Positions 9,720 through 17,093 of a stretch of 46,324 nucleotides of DNA are shown here, in pieces. The notes under the pieces are model-generated. The model saw only the letters and a program-made list of their open reading frames with translations. It was not told the origin of the DNA and ran no database searches. The stretch comes from an uncultured Candidatus Saccharibacteria bacterium (GTDB lineage: Bacteria; Patescibacteriota; Minisyncoccia; Phycocordibacterales; PALSA-1337). Numbering within the stretch: position 1 is the first letter of the stretch; each line of letters begins with the position of its first letter. Where the stretch lies: NCBI GenBank assembly GCA_964484315.1, contig CAZAEF010000001.1:1-46324 (forward strand). The letters run 5' to 3'. The translations under genes were made by a program, and so were the position numbers.

Positions 9720-10763
9720 ATGATGCTCTGCATGGGCAAAAATATTGAAGAAAAAAAATCACACTCCTTACGTGAAAGAGCTGTTATAATCACCCAGACT
9801 CCAATGAGAATTGCCTTGGCTGGTGGAGGAACCGATGTAAGTTGGTATAGTAATAAAAGAGGCGGGGCATGGGTAAGTGCTTGCATAAACCGTTATCTAA
9901 TAGTCACCTTAACAATGACTGAAGATCCTGATTTTATAGGGTACTCATACGGAGAGGAGGCATATCAGGGAAATTCCCACAAATTAATTCCACCTTATAT
10001 AAAGGCATGTCTTGAACATGCAGGTGTTCTCAAGGGTGTTAGTGTATGCATCACTTCGGAAGTATCAGGAAAGTCTGGTCTAGGTGGATCTGCTGCTCTG
10101 GAGGTAGGTCTTCTAAATGCCCTCTATTGCTACAAAAAGGAGTCTGTCTCGAGACTTCTTCTGGCCAAGAAGGCTTTCAAGATCGAGAGTGTAAAATTGA
10201 AGCGCGATTATATAGGGCCTCATGATCAGTATATCGTCTCTCTTGGGGGGATAAATTATTTTGAACGAGATATAAAAGGAAATGTCACTGTAGAACCACT
10301 ACCCCTTTCTTTGCATACGATTTCCGAATTGGAATCAAACCTCCTTTATTTTAGGACAGGCATATACAGGGATGCTGGTGTAGCCTTGGCTGATCAAAAG
10401 AATAAGATGAGCAAAAATCATTTCAAGGCCCTCGATGATATAAAAAGGTTGGGTCAGAAGGCAAAGAAGTACCTACTCGAAGGAGATGTCGATAGATTTG
10501 GCGCCACATTCCATGAACACTGGAAGATAAAAAAGACACTATCGGATAAAGTATCGAATCCTCAAATAGACGCATGGTATGATGAAGCCATGAAGATGGG
10601 GGCTTCCGGCGGTAAAATAATGGGGGCCGGCGGAGGAGGATGGTTTGTCTTCTATGTCAAGAATGACAAACTTGCCTTCAGAAAGAGGATGAAGGAGATA
10701 GGTCTTGAGGAAAAAAAAGTCAAGTTCGATTTTGAAGGGACAAAGACGCTTATTAATTTTTAA
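9720..10763 (+). CDS. hddA: GHMP-family sugar kinase, D-glycero-D-manno-heptose 7-phosphate kinase-like
   Basis: PMRIALAGGGTDVSWY and GHMP motif SGKSGLGGSAALEV. ORF open from TTG 9696; ATGs at 9720/9723/9732. Adjacent to gmhA. Confidence 0.65.
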   Translation: MMLCMGKNIEEKKSHSLRERAVIITQTPMRIALAGGGTDVSWYSNKRGGAWVSACINRYLIVTLTMTEDPDFIGYSYGEEAYQGNSHKLIPPYIKACLEHAGVLKGVSVCITSEVSGKSGLGGSAALEVGLLNALYCYKKESVSRLLLAKKAFKIESVKLKRDYIGPHDQYIVSLGGINYFERDIKGNVTVEPLPLSLHTISELESNLLYFRTGIYRDAGVALADQKNKMSKNHFKALDDIKRLGQKAKKYLLEGDVDRFGATFHEHWKIKKTLSDKVSNPQIDAWYDEAMKMGASGGKIMGAGGGGWFVFYVKNDKLAFRKRMKEIGLEEKKVKFDFEGTKTLINF

Positions 10764-10766
10764 AAT

Positions 10767-11357
10767 ATGAAAAAAGAAACTATAAACTATACAGATACAT
10801 ACCTTACAGCCTCGAGAGAGCTGATGACAAAGATAGACCGAAGAGAGATAGAATCAGTGCTCAATCTCTTTATCAAACTCAAGAAAAACGGAGGACGACT
10901 TTTTCTCTTGGGTATCGGTGGTTCGGCCGCAAACTGTTCCCATGCCGTCAATGATTTCCGTAAGATTTGTGGCATAGAGACGTATGCACCTACCGATAAT
11001 GTATCAGAGCTTACGGCCCGTGCCAATGATGACGGCTGGGATACCATATTTGAAAAATGGCTTGAGGTCAGTAGGCTTGCAAAAAATGATATGATTATGG
11101 TTTTTTCTGTCGGTGGTGGAAATGTGGAAAAAAATATAAGCACCAACATAGTCAAGGCTCTAGATTTTGCAAAAAAGACTAAAAGTCCTATAGTCGGAAT
11201 TGTCAGTAGAGACGGTGGACATACTAGGAAAGTTGCGACAGCATCGATCATCCTCCCTATTTCCAATCCAGATCTTATAACCCCCTTAGCCGAGAGTTTT
11301 CAAGCTGTTCTCTGGCACCTCATTGCCACGCATCCTAAACTAAAAAAAGAATATTAA
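10767..11357 (+). CDS. gmhA: SIS-domain phosphoheptose (sedoheptulose-7-phosphate) isomerase
   Basis: LLGIGGSAANCSHAVNDF and VFSVGGG SIS-domain signatures. Size of 196 aa is typical for GmhA. Confidence 0.75.
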   Translation: MKKETINYTDTYLTASRELMTKIDRREIESVLNLFIKLKKNGGRLFLLGIGGSAANCSHAVNDFRKICGIETYAPTDNVSELTARANDDGWDTIFEKWLEVSRLAKNDMIMVFSVGGGNVEKNISTNIVKALDFAKKTKSPIVGIVSRDGGHTRKVATASIILPISNPDLITPLAESFQAVLWHLIATHPKLKKEY

Positions 11358-12086
11358 TCAGCCAATTCTTTTTATTTTTTTGAATTCCATTCTAGCTTTA
11401 TCTAAGTTTTCGTTCGTACCTATATCGATGAAATATCCATCAAAAGGAAAGACCATAACTTTTTTATTAGCTTTTATCATCGAAGGGAATACATGACGTG
11501 CAAAATCTATCTGGCCCGATAGAGAGATAAAATCAAATACTTCTGGTTCGAGTATGTAGAATGATCCATTTGACCATTGGAAGCAATCTTCTAGTTTTTG
11601 GGATTTTTCCAATTCAGTGAATTTTTTTATAATATTTTTATCATCAAATTCCAAAACACTCTTGAAATTATTTCCAGTATGTCTGTAGGCATTAATCGTC
11701 GCTATTGCTCCAGCACTTATATGTCTATCAATCATTGTTGTAATATCCAATTCTCGAAGGATGTCAGCGTATGTTACGATGAATGTATTGTCTATATACT
11801 TGCGTGCATGGAGGATTGCTCCGGCTGTGCCAAGGGGATTAGAAGAATCTTCGAATGTGTAGGTAATGTGTACGCCGAATTTTGTTCCATCTCCGAAATA
11901 GTCTTGTATAACCTCTGGAAGATAACATAGAGCCAGAATAATATCCTTTATTCCGTGATGTCTGAACATTTCTATTGTATGTTCAAGAAGAGACTTACCA
12001 GCTACTTCTATCATTGGTTTAGGAATTGTATCTGTGATAGGACGGAGACGCTCTCCTCGACCACCCGCTATTATAATAGCTTTCAT
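11358..12086 (-). CDS. hddC: Sugar-1-phosphate nucleotidyltransferase, heptose-1-phosphate guanylyl/adenylyltransferase-like
   Basis: MKAIIIAGGRGERLRPITDTIPKPM N-terminal NTP-transferase motif. Coupled (ATGA) to gmhB. Its stop abuts the gmhA stop with 0 nt spacer. Confidence 0.65.
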   Translation of the reverse strand: MKAIIIAGGRGERLRPITDTIPKPMIEVAGKSLLEHTIEMFRHHGIKDIILALCYLPEVIQDYFGDGTKFGVHITYTFEDSSNPLGTAGAILHARKYIDNTFIVTYADILRELDITTMIDRHISAGAIATINAYRHTGNNFKSVLEFDDKNIIKKFTELEKSQKLEDCFQWSNGSFYILEPEVFDFISLSGQIDFARHVFPSMIKANKKVMVFPFDGYFIDIGTNENLDKARMEFKKIKRIG

Positions 12087-12655
12087 AAGAATAACTTGAT
12101 TAATACAGGAATGACTTCATGGTGATTGTACACCCTAAAATCGGCTTTATATTTCCGGTTTAATTCGACCTTGTAGGAGACATCATTTTCATGGAAGTAA
12201 TGAATAGTTTTTACTCCAACTTTCATTCCCGCTTCCATATCACTTGTGTTGTCACCTAGGATTGCACTATTTAATAAATCAATATCTAGATCTTCAACTG
12301 CTTGAAGTAATAGTCCGGGATTAGGTTTTCTACAGTAGCAGTTTTCCTTAGAATCATGGAAACATCTGTAGGTTTTATCAATGCAGACTTTTTTTTCTTT
12401 GAGTAGATCGTGGACTCTTTTTTCTATGGCTTCAAGTGTCTCCATATTCATTTTTCCCTTTGCAACTCCAGGTTGGTTGGAAATCTCTATGACAGATATT
12501 TTATTTTTATTAAGCCAGCCAATCACTTCAGATATTCCAGGGACTAATTCTACCTCACGAGTATTCTGTGGCGAGTCGAAGACACCTGACTTTTGAAGGA
12601 CCATCTTGTTGATTATTCCATCGCGATCCAAAAATAAAACTTTCTTGCCAATCAT
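12083..12655 (-). CDS. gmhB: D,D-heptose 1,7-bisphosphate phosphatase (HAD-IIIA)
   Basis: FLDRDGIIN (DxD nucleophile) plus the Zn-finger-like C-x-H-x6-C-x-C-RKP string (YRCFHDSKENCYCRKPNPG) characteristic of GmhB. Confidence 0.8.
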   Translation of the reverse strand: MIGKKVLFLDRDGIINKMVLQKSGVFDSPQNTREVELVPGISEVIGWLNKNKISVIEISNQPGVAKGKMNMETLEAIEKRVHDLLKEKKVCIDKTYRCFHDSKENCYCRKPNPGLLLQAVEDLDIDLLNSAILGDNTSDMEAGMKVGVKTIHYFHENDVSYKVELNRKYKADFRVYNHHEVIPVLIKLFL

Positions 12656-12701
12656 ATGATAAAGGTATACTATATCATTCTAACATCATTAGCAAAATCC
12701 C

Positions 12702-13487
12702 ATGAAAAAACCCAATTTTAACCGAAGTATATTCTTGGATTCATCGAGTATAAAAGAGATAGAAAAATGGAATGCCATAGGAATCATTGATGGAGTTACT
12801 ACTAACCAAAGTATTATGCTCAAAGATGGGTTGACACTCAATCAACTGGAACCAACCATTAAATCTATATGTAAGATTATGCAGGGAAGACCAGTCTCAA
12901 TCGAGCTTACTGATAGTTCTGCAACAGTAGAGGCGATGATTAGTGAAGCCAAAAAATTCAGAAAACTTGCCACTAACATAGTAGTTAAGGTACCTATTAT
13001 TCCAGGGGATACAAAAAGTCTCATCGTCATAAAGAAGCTCGGAGATCTAAATATACCAGTCAATGTTACAGCGATGATGACATATGAACAGCTCTTAATA
13101 GCATCTCTTGCTATTAGAAATCATCCGACACCTTCTTTCGTGAGTTTGTTCTGGGCACGAAGTATTGAAGACCATGAGAAATACAGGATGAATCCTGAAT
13201 TTGTAAAAGCTCATTCTGCTGTTGGTCCTGAAGCTGATGTAAATTCACATCCGTCTATGATTACCAAAAAACTTGATGAATTCCTTAAAACAGGAGGATA
13301 TTATGTGCCAAAAATAATCGTTGGAAGTATACGCAATGCTTCACAAGTCGGAGAGGCTTTTGCTTCCGGTGCGCATATTGTGACCATACAACCACACATC
13401 CTAGAAGCGATGCTTTTTAGTCAAAGGACCATAGAAACCAATACAGATTTTGACAAGTCTTGGATAACCCTTAAACAAAAATCATAA
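12702..13487 (+). CDS. Transaldolase / fructose-6-phosphate aldolase family
   Basis: FLDSSSIKEIEKW..GVTTNQS and VVKVPI (Schiff-base Lys context) match the small transaldolase family. Confidence 0.7.
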   Translation: MKKPNFNRSIFLDSSSIKEIEKWNAIGIIDGVTTNQSIMLKDGLTLNQLEPTIKSICKIMQGRPVSIELTDSSATVEAMISEAKKFRKLATNIVVKVPIIPGDTKSLIVIKKLGDLNIPVNVTAMMTYEQLLIASLAIRNHPTPSFVSLFWARSIEDHEKYRMNPEFVKAHSAVGPEADVNSHPSMITKKLDEFLKTGGYYVPKIIVGSIRNASQVGEAFASGAHIVTIQPHILEAMLFSQRTIETNTDFDKSWITLKQKS

Positions 13488-13490
13488 CGC

Positions 13491-14348
13491 ATGAATAGTT
13501 TCAGTGGGAAGAGTATTATTGTCACTGGTGGGTCGCGAGGAATCGGAAAGGCGATTGCTCTTGAGTTTTTTCGTCAAGGAGCTTCCGTTATTATCTGTTC
13601 TAGGAACAGAAAAGAATTAGATAAAACTTGCATAAAAGTTGATCCAAGTATGAATAGATTCATAGGTATGACAGCAGATGTCTCTAAGGAATCTGATTGT
13701 AAAAAGCTTGTCAGACTTGCCATAAAGAATTTCGGTAAGATAGATGTGCTAATCAATAATGCTGGCATAATAGGTGAGGTGGGGGAGTTTGAAAAAAATA
13801 ATATCAAGAGATGGCCATCAGCCTTTTTAGTAAATGTCTTGGGCACTGTTTTTATGTCAAAATATGTTTTGCCACTTATGAAAAAAAATGGCGGAGGAAA
13901 GATCATAAATTTTGCCGGAGGTGGGGTTGGGGGTAAGACGCCTCTTCCACATTTTTCTGCTTACTATACCTCAAAGATGGCAGTCGTCGGTTTTACGGAG
14001 ACTTTGGCTGTTGAGGTGAAAAGAGACAACATACAGGTAAATTCGATAGCTCCTGGCGCTATTAATACAAGTATTACAGACTATACTATTGGACAAGGGT
14101 TAGATAAAGTAGGAGAAGAAATGTATAGACGTCTGCTTACACAAAAGAAACAAGGAGGAGACTCACTTCAATCTGTTCTTGATCTTGTGATATTCCTTTC
14201 TTCCGAAAAGTCATCGCATATTACTGGAAGACTCCTCTCGGCAAAATGGGACAAGATTGATATGTTAGAAAAACAAAAAGGAGAAGATAATGATCTTTTC
14301 AAGTTACGAAGAATTGATGATAATTTGTTCTTTAGAAAGAGACTTTAA
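13491..14348 (+). CDS. Short-chain dehydrogenase/reductase (classical SDR)
   Basis: TGGSRGIGKAIA, NNAG, YYTSK catalytic motif. Confidence 0.8.
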   Translation: MNSFSGKSIIVTGGSRGIGKAIALEFFRQGASVIICSRNRKELDKTCIKVDPSMNRFIGMTADVSKESDCKKLVRLAIKNFGKIDVLINNAGIIGEVGEFEKNNIKRWPSAFLVNVLGTVFMSKYVLPLMKKNGGGKIINFAGGGVGGKTPLPHFSAYYTSKMAVVGFTETLAVEVKRDNIQVNSIAPGAINTSITDYTIGQGLDKVGEEMYRRLLTQKKQGGDSLQSVLDLVIFLSSEKSSHITGRLLSAKWDKIDMLEKQKGEDNDLFKLRRIDDNLFFRKRL

Positions 14349-14382
14349 TTCTTTCAGATTTTCTCAGGGAATGGGGGGAATT

Positions 14383-14410
14383 TTGCAAGCTGAAACAATA
14401 GTGTTAATAT
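14383..14410 (+). promoter_or_regulatory. Sigma70-type promoter TTGCAA-16-TAATAT
   Basis: -35 at 14383-88, -10 at 14405-10. ATG 14418 follows after 7 nt, so the mRNA would be leaderless or nearly so. Confidence 0.5.
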
Positions 14411-14417
14411 AGCTTCC

Positions 14418-16640
14418 ATGATCACCAAAACCCTGCGCAACATCAGCCTGGCCCTTATTTTCATTATTCCTTTTATTCCTCTCTATGTTTCGAATGATCT
14501 ATTCTTCCTATTCATCACGGGCAAAGGTTTTGTCTTCAGGATTGTAGTCGAGCTCATATTTGCTCTATGGCTCGTCCTCATTCTCCATGACAAGAAATAC
14601 GCTCCACGCTTTTCTTGGTTATCTTTCACCATCACAGCATTCACTATAGCTGTTCTTGTAGCCGATCTTCTCGGTATGAATCCTCTCCGTAGCCTCTGGT
14701 CAAATTTTGAGCGTATGGAGGGGTGGGTGACTATAGTCCATCTCTGGGCATACTTCCTCGCGGTGACTAGCATATTCGGCGTCGGTGAAAGTTGGAATGG
14801 AGATGGAAAACGCATGTGGCATACTTATTTCAAGATCTCTCTTCTCGCCGCTTTTTTTGTTGGCATATATGGTCTATGGCAAGTCTTCGGTTGGGCAGCG
14901 ATTCATCAAGGATCATCTCGTATCGATGCCTCACTAGGTAACTCTATATACATGGCCGTCTATATGCTCGTACATTTTTTCATTGCTCTCTATCTGAGCG
15001 CAGTCGAGTATAGGAAAAATAATAGTCATACATCATGGATATATATCGTCCTCGCTCTTCTATTCTCATATCTTCTCTTTGAAACTGCCACTCGAGGTAC
15101 TATCCTCGCTCTCATCGGTGGTGGAATGCTCTCCTTAGGAATATACGCAGTATATGGCAGAGAACAGTCAATGAAATCCCGCTCGATCTCTATCGGGGTT
15201 ATTGGTGGAATCATTCTCTTGGGTGTTCTATTTTATTTCAATAGGGATGCAGGATTTATTCAGAAAAATGAAACTCTACGCCGTCTAGCATCTATATCTA
15301 TCAGTGATACGAAGACTCAGGCTCGAGGATTCATCTGGCCTATGGCTGTGAAAGGTGTTTTCGAAACTCCAAAAACGACACTTATCGGTATAGGACAAGA
15401 GAACTTCAATTATATTTTCAATGCTAATTACAATCCACAAATGTGGAAGCATGAGCAGTGGTTCGATCGTGTCCACAATGTCTATCTTGACTGGTTGGTC
15501 GCTGGAGGTGTTATATCTCTCGCTCTCTATCTCGCTCTCTATGTTTTCTCTCTTGCATTCGTATGGAAGAGCACTCTAAGTTTTATCGAAAAGTCTATAT
15601 TGACAGGACTCATAGTCGGCTACGCCATACACAATATATTCGTATTCGACAACCTCATCAGCTATATATTATTCTTTACGATCCTCGGCTTTGTACACGC
15701 GGAGAATGGTGGTCGCGCTATAGCGCTTCTTGAAAGATCAGATGATCAAAGTGAGGACAGTATTGTTATGCGTGACTATGTATTTGCACCAGTCATCATC
15801 ATTGCAATATTCGTTGTTATCTATATGGTCAATGTCCGTGTCATCCAAGTCAACAAACTTCTCATTGCAGGGATGGTGTCGTGTAATAGTAATACTCCAA
15901 CGACTAAGTCATTTGTGGATGCATTGAATCTAGATCAGCGTGTTGCCAATCAGGAAATAAGAGAACAGCTAGTCGTATGTGCTAGCAATATTGTCCGTGG
16001 TCAGGCTCGCTCTGATTCCAAGAATGAATTTTTCGGAGTTACTGTGAAGGAGATACAAGCACAAATAAAAGAGACACCGCTCGATGCCAGAGCATATGTA
16101 TTCGCTGGCAATTTCTATAATTCCGTAGGGGATTGGAAGGGAGGACAACCTATTCTCGAAAAGGCACTCGAACTTTCTCCTCGCAAGCAGTCAATCGTCT
16201 TCGAACTTGCTGTGAACTATATGAATTCTGGAAAAACAAAAGAAGCGCTTGCCCTGATAGAGCAAGCATACAATGATGCACCTGATAACGATACATCAAG
16301 AGTAGGTTATGCTTCTATACTTATCCTCAACGGCCAAGAGCCGAAGGCTCGCGAGATATTCGGCAATGACGATACGATCTTCACGGATCAACGCATCATC
16401 AATGTATATATGAAGCTCAAGCAGTATTCTAAGATCATCGATATTTACAAGAAACTCATTGCCAAGGATCCAGAGAATATTCAGAACTATGGTTCTCTCG
16501 CGGCTACATATTTGCAGAATAATGATAAATATAATGCTATATCGATCTTAAAGACACTCGGTGCGAAATTTCCAGCGACGAAGGCTCAATCAGATGAGTT
16601 GATCAAACAAATAGAAGCTGGTAAAAATGTACTGCAATAA
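14418..16640 (+). CDS. O-antigen ligase/polymerase-like (Wzy_C) polytopic membrane protein with C-terminal TPR domain
   Basis: About 12 hydrophobic segments. ETATRGTILALIGG and RVHNVYLDWLVAGG resemble Wzy_C/WaaL/PglL signatures. The C-terminal ~250 aa has TPR-like repeats (LELSPRKQSIVFELAVNYMNSGKTKEAL..). Confidence 0.7.
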   Translation: MITKTLRNISLALIFIIPFIPLYVSNDLFFLFITGKGFVFRIVVELIFALWLVLILHDKKYAPRFSWLSFTITAFTIAVLVADLLGMNPLRSLWSNFERMEGWVTIVHLWAYFLAVTSIFGVGESWNGDGKRMWHTYFKISLLAAFFVGIYGLWQVFGWAAIHQGSSRIDASLGNSIYMAVYMLVHFFIALYLSAVEYRKNNSHTSWIYIVLALLFSYLLFETATRGTILALIGGGMLSLGIYAVYGREQSMKSRSISIGVIGGIILLGVLFYFNRDAGFIQKNETLRRLASISISDTKTQARGFIWPMAVKGVFETPKTTLIGIGQENFNYIFNANYNPQMWKHEQWFDRVHNVYLDWLVAGGVISLALYLALYVFSLAFVWKSTLSFIEKSILTGLIVGYAIHNIFVFDNLISYILFFTILGFVHAENGGRAIALLERSDDQSEDSIVMRDYVFAPVIIIAIFVVIYMVNVRVIQVNKLLIAGMVSCNSNTPTTKSFVDALNLDQRVANQEIREQLVVCASNIVRGQARSDSKNEFFGVTVKEIQAQIKETPLDARAYVFAGNFYNSVGDWKGGQPILEKALELSPRKQSIVFELAVNYMNSGKTKEALALIEQAYNDAPDNDTSRVGYASILILNGQEPKAREIFGNDDTIFTDQRIINVYMKLKQYSKIIDIYKKLIAKDPENIQNYGSLAATYLQNNDKYNAISILKTLGAKFPATKAQSDELIKQIEAGKNVLQ

Positions 16641-16658
16641 CTGAATATTTTGTTAAAC

Positions 16659-16760
16659 AATAATTAAGTGTCATCTAAAGCTCTTGTTAGATAATAATTA
16701 AATGTTACTGAAAGCTCTTGTTAGATAATAATTAAGTGTTACCAAAAGATCTCGGTAGTA
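16659..16760. repeat. Three tandem 34-bp direct repeats
   Basis: Units are 16659-92, 16693-726 and 16727-60, consensus AATAATTAARTGTYAYYDAAAGCTCTTGTTAGAT. Unit 1 and unit 2 differ at 5 of 34 positions; unit 3 is more diverged. Confidence 0.85.
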
Positions 16761-16770
16761 ATAATAAGCT

Positions 16771-16799
16771 TTGCAGTATACAAGGTGTAGGTGTATAAT
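16771..16799 (+). promoter_or_regulatory. Sigma70-type promoter TTGCAG-17-TATAAT
   Basis: -35 at 16771-76, 17-nt spacer, perfect -10 at 16794-99. Confidence 0.55.
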
Positions 16800-16805
16800 G
16801 TGGTG

Positions 16806-16890
16806 GTGAGTACGACGGCCCAGCCGGCTGTTAGTGCCAAATTCCAAATAAAATGTTTACGTAAGGTCCTGTCTCGGCAGGATTTTGCGT
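16806..16890 (+). ncRNA. Short GC-rich terminated transcript (sRNA, or attenuated leader of murB)
   Basis: Starts just downstream of the 16771-99 promoter. Contains the palindrome CAGCCGGCTG (16821-30). Ends in hairpin 16865-71/16878-84 (5 Watson-Crick plus 2 G-U pairs) whose 3' arm runs into the T-tract TTTTGCGTTT (16883-92). Confidence 0.3.
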
Positions 16891-16896
16891 TTATGC

Positions 16897-16952
16897 TTCA
16901 CTGTTCATACTCCGTTGTTTATACTTCGCTGTTTATATTTCGCATGATATAA
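16897..16952 (+). repeat. Three full and one degenerate tandem 14-bp direct repeats overlapping a promoter
   Basis: TTCACTGTTCATAC (16897-910), TCCGTTGTTTATAC (16911-24), TTCGCTGTTTATAT (16925-38), then TTCGCATGATATAA (16939-52). The core TGTTYATAYT recurs at exactly 14-bp spacing. Confidence 0.8.
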
Positions 16953-16953
16953 T
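16945..16953 (+). promoter_or_regulatory. Extended -10 promoter TGaTATAAT
   Basis: TG at 16945-46 and TATAAT at 16948-53. Weak -35 (TTCGCT 16925-30). About 140 nt upstream of the murB ATG. Confidence 0.5.
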
Positions 16954-16995
16954 TGTTACAGGGTTGATAGCGAAGTTAGAATATATTTGAAATAG

Positions 16996-17082
16996 ATGAA
17001 AAGATTGTTTCAAGTATTGGCGGTGGCTGTACTCACATTTAAATTAAACATTATATTTGGAGCTAACACCCATCGCCAATAG
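16996..17082 (+). CDS. Possible 28-aa hydrophobic upstream ORF (MKRLFQVLAVAVLTFKLNIIFGANTHRQ)
   Basis: ATG 16996 to TAG 17080-82, read by hand. Signal-peptide-like N-terminus. Ends 11 nt before the murB ATG. No homology evidence. Confidence 0.25.
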   Translation: MKRLFQVLAVAVLTFKLNIIFGANTHRQ

Positions 17083-17093
17083 TTGGCGCAATC

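Noticed and set aside
10787-11266. A 159-aa minus-strand ORF inside gmhA. The same applies to other antisense ORFs of 60 aa or more in the track, such as 25909..26271, 29306..29764, 20184..20585 and 36940..37305
   Set aside because: Each lies entirely within a confidently identified gene on the opposite strand and has no recognisable motifs.
16659-16760. The 34-bp repeats as a CRISPR array
   Set aside because: The repeats are directly adjacent with no spacers. There are only three units, and no cas genes in the window.
16798-16809. Mini-ORF ATG TGG TGG TGA as a Trp-codon leader peptide
   Set aside because: The ATG overlaps the -10 hexamer of the promoter that would transcribe it. No tryptophan-related gene follows.
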